Origin: Methanotrichaceae archaeon
GTDB taxonomy: Archaea > Halobacteriota > Methanosarcinia > Methanotrichales > Methanotrichaceae
DNA length: 64,000 nt
Assembly (NCBI GenBank): GCA_963813075.1
Contig: CAWEXU010000004.1
Coordinates: forward strand, 1-64,000
Reading direction: 5' to 3'
This document shows positions 1 to 10,645 of this stretch, one piece after another. Under the pieces are notes generated by a model that did no database searches, was not told the origin of the DNA, and saw only the letters and a program-made list of their open reading frames with translations. The position numbers were made by a program, and so were the translations under genes. How positions within the stretch are numbered: position 1 is the first letter of the stretch; every line of letters starts with the position of its first letter.

Positions 1-307
1 AGCGATCCATCTGGCGAACCGATGCTGCTTTGAGCACCAGAATAGCGATATCGTCATCCTTGATTTCGATGCCGGAAAGGTTGAACTGAATTACAGGAAC
101 CCCAGGATAGCTGTTCAAAGCGGTATCGTTTGCATCCGGCACAATAGTGGCACATAGCAGTGTATCACTCTGGCGGTACACCGTCTCATTTCCCGTCCCC
201 ATGCTGATGTAGACATCCTGGGAGGCGGGAATTTCCGTCGCCAGGCATTGCCCCAAGCAGGCGAGGACCGCTGCCAGGAGCATGAGTATTATCCCCCTTC
301 TATTCAC
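1..307 (-). CDS. Secreted hypothetical protein, N-terminal part (runs off window start)
   Basis: Own translation from GTG at 307 after AGGAGAG: MNRRGIILMLLAAVLACLGQCLATEIPASQDVY..., signal peptide; frame open to position 1. Confidence 0.7.
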   Translation of the reverse strand, partial: MNRRGIILMLLAAVLACLGQCLATEIPASQDVYISMGTGNETVYRQSDTLLCATIVPDANDTALNSYPGVPVIQFNLSGIEIKDDDIAILVLKAASVRQMDR

Positions 308-629
308 AAGTCATCTCTCCTCAATTCGTATTCAGATGATATTACATAAAATCGATTCATATTTAAAATTATAGTTTGGAAATCTTTTTTGTGAAAATGG
401 TCAGGGAATCGTCAAAAGGGATAAAGATCTGGGGAGGTGATGAAAAGGGCAGCCCAGAAGGCTGATCCTGACCGCCCGGCAAAAGGAATCGATTCATTGG
501 ACCTAATTCTAGGGATTTGATTCGGGGCTAATGCTAGAGAGAGCAGAAATGGCCATACTGATTTAAAAAAATTGGCTACGCTGGGTATTCCCCGTGTTAA
601 GCTTCATTATTTCGAAAAAATATTTTAAA

Positions 630-1166
630 TCATTCTTGCACGGGGTTTTGCACCACATCACCTTCAAGAGAACGAATTCTCTCAATTTGATCGCGTATTC
701 GCGCAGCATCAGCTTGAACGGCATTTTCGTCGGGTGAGACCCCAAATATAACTACCGAGGTTTGCAGCTGCGCTATCCGGGTGCAAACCACAGTAATTAT
801 TACTTCCGGATTGTTGCGGCGTGCTAGCACATGGACATTCTGATCAGCCGCCGGATCGATAATCGTATAGCCATTCTGCTTCAAAACGTTTTCTGCAGTA
901 TTAAGACACCATCTCTGGCTGCCGTATTTATTTAATGTCCAGATGGCGTAAAAGGGGGAAAAGGGACATTCATCGCATTTTGGGGGACAATCTTTGCATC
1001 TTGCCAATTCTGCGATTCCAGTGGCCTGGGATTCCAGCACAGAGCCACCGATGGGAGTGAAGATGGAATCCTGCAGGCTTCTGTCGTCCGTCTGTCCGCA
1101 GGAGATGCCAATCAATAAGCACGAGCAGAACGCTGCCACAATTAGGAGAATTTTATGGTATATCAT
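630..1166 (-). CDS. Secreted Cys-containing hypothetical protein
   Basis: 178 aa ORF, signal peptide ending ISCGQ, CKDCPPKCDEC motif. Confidence 0.7.
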   Translation of the reverse strand: MIYHKILLIVAAFCSCLLIGISCGQTDDRSLQDSIFTPIGGSVLESQATGIAELARCKDCPPKCDECPFSPFYAIWTLNKYGSQRWCLNTAENVLKQNGYTIIDPAADQNVHVLARRNNPEVIITVVCTRIAQLQTSVVIFGVSPDENAVQADAARIRDQIERIRSLEGDVVQNPVQE

Positions 1167-1229
1167 CTAGTATCACTAATATTAATTGCGCTTATTTATA
1201 TTTAAAGTATGGCTCTTCGATGAGATGGC

Positions 1230-1420
1230 AAATTAGGCTCCTCCGATCGGATGAAAGCGATCGTCCGGATCTCTGGACAAGGTCGATCCAGTCCTCCAGA
1301 GCGCTCACGAGTTCATCCCTGCAGCCCTCCAGTCCGCTACTCTCGAAGCCCAAGCCTCTCCAGCCCAAATCCATTCTAGCAGTCCTAATCATTGCTTTCG
1401 TGAAAACTGCTCCCAATAAT
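1230..1420 (-). pseudogene. Degraded HicB-like antitoxin remnant
   Basis: LEGCRDELVSALEDWIDLVQRSG resembles the HicB motif TLEECxxELxSxLEDWI; N-terminal part appears deleted. Confidence 0.45.
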
Positions 1421-2079
1421 TCATTTCCTCGATTGTTGCTGCGGGTTGCGAGGGCGAGCCTGAATAAACTTATATTTGGCTTAGTATTCACCAGGCGGGC
1501 GGAGAACGCATTGTCTTGCCCTGCTCGCAAGGACAAAAGGGCCCACTTGTTGTGTAATTTATTTTCAGCTCTAATTTACCCAATGAGCGAACCCGATTGC
1601 ACAGCTGCTTTACAGCGGGAGCTGCGCGCGAAAACGCGATCGGGATCGAGGGGCCAAGCACCATAAAATGCAGGTTGGCCGTCAATTGTTCTTGATATAT
1701 CGATGTTAATATGCTCCGGGCGGGCCCAGGTGAAAGTTGAACAGCTTTTAAGAGGCTCGAAGGATCTCAAATGTCAGCATAGTCGATCTCTTGAAAAGGC
1801 TAAAATTGATCTACACAGACTGTTTTTTTTGTGCACGCCGCGAGTCGGCCTGCTGGCCTCCCGCGCTATGCCCTAGTCCCCTCAACGCCGGGGGGGCTCG
1901 GATACAACGATTCGAGATGGTTAAGACAGATTCTACATAATTATGGAGCTTTCTTTTAAGGAGCTAATCGCTGCTGATGCAATTTTGAAGTGGATCACAC
2001 CCTGCCCTTCGATATCTGAGGGTGCGAGTGAAGGGGCGCAGGCAGGCAATTGCAGCTGGCTCTACATGCAGCAATTGAC

Positions 2080-3550
2080 TCAGCCCTCATAGCCAAGCTC
2101 CCTGGCTTTAGCCAATGCTGCATCCGCTTCTGTTGTGCGGCCAAGCGTTTTTAAGACTGAGGCTTTGTTTATCCAGGCGTCAATTAAATGCGGATCAAGC
2201 TCGATGGATCTGTCCAAAGCCTGCAGCGCCTCATCATATCTGCCAAGCTCATAGAGTGTCTGGCCCCTGTTGTCCCAGGCGCCCGCAAATTGGGGGTCTA
2301 TTTCAATAGCCATGTCGCAGTCAAGAATGGCCTCATCGTATCTGCCCAGTAAAAAGAGAGCAGCTCCTTTGTTACTCCATGCATCCGCAAATTGGGGGTC
2401 TATTTCAATAACCTTGTTGCAGGCAGCAATAGCTTCATCATATCTGCCCAGGAAACAGAGAGCAGCTCCTTTGTTGCTCCATGCATCCGCGGATTGTGGA
2501 TCTATTTCGATAGCCTTGTCACAGGCAACAATCGCCTCATCATATTTGCCCAGGGAACAGAGGGCAGCTCCTTTGTTGCTCCAGGCCCCGGCAAATTGGG
2601 GATCTATTTCGATAGCCTTGTCAAAGGCAACAATAGCCTCATCATATTTGCCCAGGGACCAGAGGGCAGCTCCTTTGTTGCTCCAGGCTCCGGCAAATTG
2701 GGGATCTATTTCGATAGCCTTGTCACAGGAAACAATGGCCTCATCATATTTGCCCAGGGAACCTAGAGGCAGCTCCTTTGTTGCTCCAGGCTTCTGCTAA
2801 TTGGGGATCTATTTCGATAGCCCTGTCACAGGCAACAATGGACTCATTATATTTGCGAAAGGAACTGAGAGCGGCTCCTTTGTTGCTCCATGCATCCGCG
2901 AATTGTGGATCTATTTCGATAGCCTTGTCGCAGGCAAGAATGGCTTCATCATATTTCTCCAGAGACCGGAGGAGCAGATCCTTTGTTGCTCCAGGCCCCT
3001 GCAAATTGGGGATCTAATGTCAATCGCTCTATCAAAAATCTTGATAGCCTCACCATATTTTCCCTGACCAGCGAGAGCAATGCCTTTGTTGTTCCAGGCT
3101 GCCGCAATTTGCGGATTTATTTCTATAGCCGTATCACAGGCAACTTCAGCCTCATCGTATCTGCCCTGATCATCGAGAGCGAGGCATTTGTTGACTCCAG
3201 GCTCCGGAGATTTGCGGATCTATTTCAATTGCCCTGTCACAGGCAACGACAGCCTCGTGGTATCTGTCCATGTAGTCAAGAGCGAGGCATTTGTTGCTCC
3301 ATGCTTCTGCTTGTTTTGGATCCAGCTCAATCGCCCTGTCATAGGCTTTGATAGCCTCATCGTATTTGCCCTGGGCTGCGAGTTGAATGCCTCTGTAGTT
3401 CCAGGCTTCCGCATTCTTTGTATTGTAGTCGCTCTCTTCCAGGAAGTTGTTGTACTTCTCGAAAAAGTGATGTGTCTCCTGCCCTAATGCTGGAGCCCAT
3501 AACAAGGACAGGATCAGCAAGATAAGAACGGATTTTCCTCTGATAAGCAC
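2080..3550 (-). CDS. Secreted TPR-repeat protein (several apparent frameshifts)
   Basis: Signal peptide (VLIRGKSVLILLILSLLWAPALGQ), successive 34-aa repeats AWSNKGAALxxLGKYDEAIxACDKAIEIDPQ across ORF pieces, cap ALAKARELGYEG. Confidence 0.8.
2280..3010. repeat. Near-identical 102-bp tandem repeats encoding TPR units
   Basis: Unit gcagctcctttgttgctcca...aattggggatctatttcgatagccttgtc...cctcatcatatttgcccagg recurs every 102 nt. Confidence 0.9.
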
Positions 3551-3847
3551 TCCCCCTTCGTATTTTAATATTGGTATTACCTGGAAAAATAGTTTGCGCA
3601 AGAAGGCCACGACGCTTTAATGTGGCGGCTGGCATCCCCCCTCCTTCAGGCCCTCCCATGCCTGCGGGCGCAAGCGTGCGCGTGCGAGGAGCGAGCATAT
3701 GAGGACGTAATCGGTAGGGCAAGAGAGTGCAAGCACCACACTATGCGCTTATGAACCGAGTCATTGCAGCCTAATTCTCTGGCTCTGGAAAGCGAAATCG
3801 GATTCTGTGGCGCAACCCTGTAAATTAAGGGCTGAATCATTGCTGAT

Positions 3848-5362
3848 TCAAGCCTCTGCAAGTTGCGGATTCAGCTCAATTGCTCTATTATATGCATTTA
3901 AAGCCTCATTATGGTTGCCTAGCTCATCGACGACACCAGCTTTATTATACCAGGCTTCCGCAAATTCTGGATCGATCTGTATTGCCCGATCATATGCTTT
4001 GATGGCCTCTTTGTTCTCTTCCAATTCATCCAGAGCATTCCCCTTGTTATTCCAGGCTTTCGCATCATCCGGATTAAGCCCAATAACCATATCATAGGCT
4101 TTTATAGCCTCATCGTATTTTCCCAGGTTGTAAAGAGCAATGCCCTTATTCCCCCAGGCTTCCACCAATTTCGGATCGATCTCAATCGCTTTATTTAATG
4201 CTTTTAATGAATCTTCGAACCTGCCCTGTTGACCGAAAGCTGTACCTTTGCCTGCCCAGGCTTTTGCGTGTTGGGGGTGAATCTCAATTGCCTGGTCATA
4301 TGATATTATCGCCTCATTGTAGTTGCCTTGATTAAAGAGAGTCAGCCCTTTGTTGTACCATACTTCCGCAAATTGCGGATCGATCTGTATTGCCTGATCA
4401 TACACTTTGATGGCTTCATCGTTCAATCCCATTGCAGCCAGAGCATTGCCCTTGTTATTCCAGGCTTTTACATCTCTCGGATTTAACTCAATAACCCTAT
4501 CATATGCCTTTATTGCCCCTTCGTAGTCTCCCTGGTCAAAGAGGATGACGCCTTTATTGCCCCATGCATCTGGATAATTGGGATTCAATTCAATCGCTCT
4601 ATCAAACGCTTTTATTGCCTCGTCATATTTGCCCTGATTGTAGAGAGCATACCCTTTGCTGTCCCAGGCTTTTGCAAATTGTGGATCGATCTGGGTGGCT
4701 CTATCGAATGCTTCTATGGCCTCATCGTTCAACCCCATTTCAGTCTGAACAACGCCTTTGCTGTGCCAGGCTTTCGCAAATTCTGGATCGATCTCTACAG
4801 CTTCATCAAATGCTTCGACTGCCTCACTATACTTGCCCTGTTGGTAGAGTGCAATGCCCTTGTCAAGCCATGTTTCTGTCAATTTAGGATCTAAATTAAT
4901 CGCGACATCTAATGCTTGCACTGCCTCGTCGTACTCTCCTAACATGCTGAAAGCCAAGCCTTTGTTATGCCAGACTCTCGACAATTTTGGATCAATATCG
5001 ATTGCTCTATCAAATGCTTCTATAGCCTCATTGTACTTGCCCTTTTCACTGAGTATCAAGCCCTTGTTATACCATGCCTCTTTTAATTCGGGATCTATAC
5101 TTATGGCGGCATCTAATGCTTGCAGCGCCTCGTCGTACTCTCCCAGTATGCCAAAAGCAATGCCTTTATTGGTCCATGCTTTTGCATAATGCGGATCAAT
5201 TCTGATGGCCTCATCATAAGCGTCGATTGATTCATTAAACCTGCTTTCATTGAGCAGCACATTCCCTTTATCGTACCAATCCTTTGATGTCGTCTGCCCA
5301 AATGCAAGGGTACATAGCACGGCTAATGCTATCAAAAAAAGTACAAATTTCGTTTTAATGAT
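3848..5362 (-). CDS. Secreted TPR-repeat protein
   Basis: Signal peptide IIKTKFVLFLIALAVLCTLAFGQ followed by many AWxNKG...YDEAIxAxDxAIEIDP repeats; start position uncertain. Confidence 0.85.
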   Translation of the reverse strand: MIKTKFVLFLIALAVLCTLAFGQTTSKDWYDKGNVLLNESRFNESIDAYDEAIRIDPHYAKAWTNKGIAFGILGEYDEALQALDAAISIDPELKEAWYNKGLILSEKGKYNEAIEAFDRAIDIDPKLSRVWHNKGLAFSMLGEYDEAVQALDVAINLDPKLTETWLDKGIALYQQGKYSEAVEAFDEAVEIDPEFAKAWHSKGVVQTEMGLNDEAIEAFDRATQIDPQFAKAWDSKGYALYNQGKYDEAIKAFDRAIELNPNYPDAWGNKGVILFDQGDYEGAIKAYDRVIELNPRDVKAWNNKGNALAAMGLNDEAIKVYDQAIQIDPQFAEVWYNKGLTLFNQGNYNEAIISYDQAIEIHPQHAKAWAGKGTAFGQQGRFEDSLKALNKAIEIDPKLVEAWGNKGIALYNLGKYDEAIKAYDMVIGLNPDDAKAWNNKGNALDELEENKEAIKAYDRAIQIDPEFAEAWYNKAGVVDELGNHNEALNAYNRAIELNPQLAEA

Positions 5363-5701
5363 CCTCCCTCCATTTTGATTATCTCTTCCATCCAGCAAAT
5401 AGTTTGCGCAGGCTGGTCCCCGACGCCGGATGCAAAGGCGATCATCCCAATCACATGGCACCCCCGATGCCTGCATGCAAGAGCGCATGCATGCGCTGCT
5501 CATGGACGGATTGGGTGCTAAAAATTTAGAAATTTCCCCTGCCTGCAGCCTCGTCTTCTGATTTTTCTTCAATCGATATAACTCACTTTAGTCGTGGTTT
5601 GCATGCTGGTTACAGGAATACCGCTTTCTTAGCGAGTCCTTTGTGAGCTTTGTGCTCTTTGCGGTTAAATTAATGAATAAGTATTAATTAAAGGTGATTT
5701 A

Positions 5702-7251
5702 TCAACTATGATGCCACCAGCTGCAATTCTGCACCCATTCCCCAATCTCCATCCCGCAGTCCAGCTCGTCCTCATCCACTGCCGGGCTCTTCTTCTTGCT
5801 CGCAAACCGCCATCTCGCCTCCCCCTCCAGAGTGTAGTTGCCCACCAATCGCTGGTCGATATACCCTCCCTCCCAGGCCGCCATGCGGTCAGCAGTGCCA
5901 TTCACCTGGGCAGCTGTCTCCAGATATGATAGCGCCTTTCCCAGATTGGTCTTATAGCTCAGGTTGATGTAGCTCGCCTCATGGTATCTGTCCCTCCAGC
6001 CCAGATCCCGGTAGCTGTTCTCCGCCCGCACCCCTGCAGACCAGCTCTCCTCCAGGGCAATTGATCGGTTGTGGGAGAGGTTGAGGATGCAGGGCGATTC
6101 AGAGCCCGAAACACTCCGGTCGGCGGAAATGCTCGATGATCTGTAAGTCCAGCTCCTCCTCAGCCCGATAGCTGCCCGAGCCGTGCTCGCCGTAAGCCAG
6201 GGTCGAGCCGACCACCGGCTTTATGGCTGTATTTACCGAGGCCAAAAAGCTGCGGTTGCCCGCCTGGATCTGGACGCGGTTGGTGATGATGTAGCTATCA
6301 AAGTCTGTGGAGAGCATGCCCCGGGTGGAGGAAAAACCAGTTCCGGAGACTGTGCCATCGATGTCCGCCTTCGCTGCCGGCTTTACCGTCTTCATCACGA
6401 CCTTGATCTGGCCGTGCTCTCCTGGGGCGAGGGCGGGGATGGTCCAGCGGTTGTTGCTGCCGGGATCGGGCGCGGGATTGGATTCGATGAAGACCGTTCG
6501 GGGATCATAATTTTCCTGGACGATGAGGTTGATGGGCTGAAAATCATTGTTGCCGTAGGTGATGGTGTAGGTGATCTTGCCTCCGGCGGTGGCGCTTTTG
6601 GGGCCGGCCTTGACGTCCGATTCTTCCAGGGGCTCGAAGCTGATGATCTGATCAGCTATTCTAATATAATCAAAAAGCGCAGATGTCTCCGGCACTTTTG
6701 AATCCTTGGAGAGGGTGATATAGATCCGGACTACCTCTTTCTTATCCATCCAGCTCTTGAAATCCTCCAGACCGCCTTTGGGATATTTCTTGTCGCCGTA
6801 CTTTTCAAATTCGAGGGCAAAACCGTCCAGCTCGTTCCACTGGCCGTGGGAGAACCCCAAATCCGACCAGGATTGGCTCAGGGAGCGAATCCTGGCATCC
6901 TGAGGATCTTTGCTCTTGTAGCTCCCGCTTCCATCGCCGTCAAGGAAGAGTTCGATCTGAATCTTTCCGTCACCCAATTCTGGATTCACCCACATGCTCA
7001 TCCTCTCAATCTCCTCTAAAGCCATCGGCTCATCCAGATCGATGTACATGCGCACTGTCGTCCCCTTCTTATCCACCGCCAGATCCGCGCAGTTCGCTCC
7101 ATGAAAGGCAGTCTCATTGCTCACCAGCCCCTCGGCGTACTTCGAGCTGCCCAGCCGCCAGTCCAGCTCGGTGAGGCCCAGGGCGGGAGGAGCATAATCT
7201 GCAGAAGGATGAGGATCACCAGGAGCTGGAATTAGGAAGCGGTCGCTGCAT
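5702..7251 (-). CDS. Secreted protein with DUF11-like domain (frameshifted)
   Basis: DVKAGPKSATAGGKITYTITYGN...WTIPALAPGE DUF11-type motif; pieces 6099-7124 and 5702-6031; signal-peptide-like region near 7180-7250. Confidence 0.65.
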
Positions 7252-7648
7252 AATTGGCCTGCATAGCTTGCCCATACATCTCAATAATATTTTTTCTGTA
7301 GAAAAAGGATTCGGTCCGAAATTCTGCACCGTTCTCTCCCGCCCGTTGAAGGTTCGTTTCGGGAATCGATCACCATGCAAAATCAAATGGTGCTATTGAT
7401 CAGCCAGAATATCCCCTTTTCTTCATCATAAATGACCTATATCAGACCTACATAAGCTCTACATGAAAAAAACAATTATTAACTTCGGAGAGAATCAACT
7501 ATTGAGCGGTAGGAGAGTGGGGACTTGTCCTTGCCGCCCTGGCAGGAGAAAAAATATGGCAGAACGCCTCCTGCCAGCATATCGCCATCAAGCCATCAAA
7601 GCTGATATCGCCAATATACAGCTGATATATTCACTGGATCGCAGGCTG

Positions 7649-8305
7649 CTATTCGCTGCCGGAAGCCAATCCCTCCTCAACCTTGCGCGCTGCCCGGGCT
7701 GCCATTCGGGCCAATCTAACCGGCTCCGGCACCCTGCCATCCAGAGTGAACTTATTTAAGAGAACTCTCGCCTCCTCAAGTGTTGCCCCGTGCACGCGCA
7801 CAAACAGCTCGTAGCCCGTCCTGAGCCTGATCTTCTCCCGCCCGCCGAGGGTTCGATAGCGCTCGATCTTTTCTTCCGATTCCGGGAAATATTCGCGCAG
7901 ATATTTTTCCAGACCCGCTGATTCCTCGTAGGTCAGAGAGATGAGAGGCCGGCAGACCTCTTCGAACACCGCCACGAGGTCGATGATATTAAACCAGCTT
8001 ATCGCCGCCCCGCCCAGGATCAGGGCATTGATATCCCTGCGGGCAAGCCTGCGGTATATCTCCAGCACCGCTTCTGTGGCATCGTCTCCCCCCACAGTGG
8101 CATGAGCATAGGCCAGGCCGTCCACCCTCCTGTCCGCGCGCATGACCACCCCCGCCAGCATGGACCTGGAACTTGTCAAGGCATGATGGGATCTGTGGCT
8201 GAGGGGACTGAAGGAGAAGCGACCAGTTGATGAGGCACCGGGACGCTCGAAGCTCTCCGCAATCCCCAGGACCCGCAGGCCAGGCTTGTTGAGATGAAGT
8301 GGCAT
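7649..8305 (-). CDS. DUF99 / endonuclease V-like family protein
   Basis: LRVLGIAESF...VGGDDAT...SWFNIID...PEPVRLA motifs. Confidence 0.85.
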   Translation of the reverse strand: MPLHLNKPGLRVLGIAESFERPGASSTGRFSFSPLSHRSHHALTSSRSMLAGVVMRADRRVDGLAYAHATVGGDDATEAVLEIYRRLARRDINALILGGAAISWFNIIDLVAVFEEVCRPLISLTYEESAGLEKYLREYFPESEEKIERYRTLGGREKIRLRTGYELFVRVHGATLEEARVLLNKFTLDGRVPEPVRLARMAARAARKVEEGLASGSE

Positions 8306-8418
8306 ACAAAGAGACCTCCATATCCTATTCTCCACTTCATGATGATAAAATAGCGATTAGCCCAGATCTTCCACCGGATCACACGCCGGTCATATAGAAG
8401 GCCGCCCAGTAGAATGAG

Positions 8419-9106
8419 TTAAGACCTCATCCTGGCCTTGATCTCCGTCACATCGCTCTCGATCCTCTGCAGCCTCTCATCCGTTCGGCCCTTCAGGTCT
8501 GAGCGCATGCCCTGAACCTCGGAGACGATATCCTCACGAGCGTCGTCTATCTTATCGATGATTTGATCCTGTTTCCCAGAGATCTCTTTTAAGCAGGAGC
8601 TCATGCCATCCGAGCTTGGAATCCACGCTATCCAGCTTGGAGCCTATGCCATCAGCTTGGAATCCACGCTATCGAGCTTGATCCATGCCATCGAGCTTGG
8701 AATCCACGCTATCCAGCTTGGAGCTTATGCCATCGAGCTTTGAACCATTATCCCTGAATCCTTCTCTCACGGCAGATATCAGCTCTTTGAGATACTCTGC
8801 CGCCTGGTCCAGGCGGGCGTCAGTCTCCCCTTCTCCTGCAATTTTAAAAAATTCTTCGTAAGATCCATTTGCCTCAGAAAATTCCGTTTTGATCTCCGCC
8901 ACGTCGATCAGGGTGTTTTTGATCCTGATGGCTTCAAGGAATCTCTCCAAATCAGCTTTATGGCCCACTGCAATGATCTTCACCCTGCTGTCAGGCAGGT
9001 TCATCACATATCCCTTGAGGCCAAAGACGCGGGCTATGGTTACTACCTTCGACCTGTATCCAGCCATCTGCACCTTTCCAGAGACATAGGCGGTGAGCTT
9101 GAGCAT
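8419..9106 (-). CDS. Acylphosphatase with long coiled-coil C-terminal extension (frameshifts in repeat tract)
   Basis: VSGKVQMAGYR...GLKGYVMNLPDSRV acylphosphatase motif; SKLDGIS/SKLDSVD heptads; C-terminal piece 8419-8604. Confidence 0.8.
8605..8745. repeat. 21/42-bp tandem repeat (heptad-coding)
   Basis: Repeated agcttggaatccacgctat / agcttg...atgccatc units. Confidence 0.8.
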
Positions 9107-9240
9107 TCTTTTAACTGTTATCCCTTTTCGTATTTGGACTTTATCGTCGACCTGCTGAAAGGCCGCTCTCTCATCGTGCGCCTTGCCACGTGAGTGCGAC
9201 TCCTGAGCGTATGGTCCTGCGCGTCTCGTTCTCCCCTCGA

Positions 9241-9585
9241 TCAAACACCGGTCATATAGAACGCCGCCCAGTAGAATGGATGCCTGAACTTCTCCTGCTC
9301 TCGCAGCTCCCTTTGGGCCTGGCCAGGGCCTGCACAGGCGGCTTGCCTTCCGTCCGCCAGAGCTGATAAAAGCGGGCCATAAGCATGGCTGTGCTCTTGT
9401 CCGATACCGTCCAGAGTGAGCCGATCGCACCAGCAAAGCCCGCCCGGATGAAGGCGGAGGGAAGGGACACCACCTCGTCCGGCAGCCGGGCATCCCGTCT
9501 CGCAGGCGGAGAGGGTGGCCAGCCGCGCCCCCGCCAGGTGCAGCTCGAAGAGATCCTTTATCGTCAGTATCTCATCATTGGCTAA
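9241..9585 (-). pseudogene. C-terminal remnant of CHAT (caspase-like) domain gene
   Basis: LATLSACETG...SLPSAFIRAGFAGAIGSLWTVSD...HPFYWAAFYMTGV; N-terminal part absent. Confidence 0.85.
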
Positions 9586-9663
9586 AAAAAGTCCGCAAAA
9601 TGGGCCAGTATATCCGGCCATGAGAAAAAAGAATATGCTGCGGCATCTTAGCCGCATCATGCT

Positions 9664-10455
9664 CTAGTACTGAATCTGATCCTTCCAGGGAGCGACATAC
9701 CCGGTTGCTATCTCTGCGGGAGCAGTGGTGACATCATAGCTGGTTATGACATTTCCTGCAGCATCCTTTAAAGTTACAATGTTATCGATCCACAGGGGCT
9801 CAGTGCTGTTGGTGAAAATATCGGTGGCAGTGCTGGTGCCCATTCCCTCATGGACGTTGACCGACTTGCCATCCTCCAGGACCAGTGCCGGGAAGACAAA
9901 GGTGGCAGTTCCTGCAGACTCCAGCATCCAGCCAGTCAAGATCCCACTCGCCCACGGCCTCATTGGTAACCTGGACATACTTGTCCTCAGGGGTGTCAAC
10001 TATCCTGGTGATGGTGACCTTCACCGAGGGTGCGGGCACACCAGAATCGCGGCTGAATACGCTAGCCCGATCTGCGGATGTGGTCACATCAGAAAAGCCT
10101 CCGGGGAGCGCCTTCCCCAGGACCGCAGAGGTGCCGGCAGTGAAGTTGGAGAGCTGCTTGAACCTCGACGCGGGCTCCGCTGCAGACAGTGGTCTCTTCC
10201 ACAGGGGGCTCTATTACAGCCGCTTCCTGCAGCAACCACAACAGGAACCTCTGTGACATTGATCGTCGCTACTGTGGTTACATTGGTGACGTTTGTCATA
10301 TTTGTGACATTGGTGGCATTCGTGAGATTGGTGATGTTAGTTACATTCATATCGGAGAGGGCAACGGTCTCTGCTGCATCCTGGGCAATAACCAGCCCGG
10401 CAGAGAGTGCTACCATCATAGATAGTATCAACATTCCTGTACACTTCATATTCAT
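9664..10455 (-). CDS. Secreted protein with N-x-T repeat tract and lamin-tail-like domain (frameshifted)
   Basis: Signal peptide; NVTNITNLTNAT...; C-terminal YVQVTN...WDLTGW...VTLKDAAG typical of LTD. Confidence 0.65.
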
Positions 10456-10645
10456 ACCTCAATCAAAACGTATTCGCAGAAAAATATAAGCCTTTCTTAA
10501 AGCTTCTTTCGATTCATCCATCGCGGTAATTTAATTTAATGCTGCTTATGGCCTTGGGGCAAAAATGAATGGCAGGCGAAAAATGGCTCTCTTCCGCCCA
10601 TTATGGCGATTTGCCGAGCCACAAGCTCCTGCCGGATGATTTGAT

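Noticed and set aside
1220..1666. Long antisense or overlapping ORFs in the track (e.g. 1220-1666, 13587-14330, 27986-28780, 45031-45783)
   Set aside because: No recognisable motifs; they are shadows of real genes or remnants on the opposite strand.
2280..3010. CRISPR array or DGR template/variable repeats
   Set aside because: Units are contiguous 102-bp coding TPR repeats with no spacers; no reverse transcriptase or cas genes are in the window.
3848..3850. UGA-as-Trp recoding (TGA at an expected Trp here and at 34591)
   Set aside because: Many intact genes end in TGA and use TGG for Trp. Both cases adjoin degraded sequence, so simple nonsense changes explain them.
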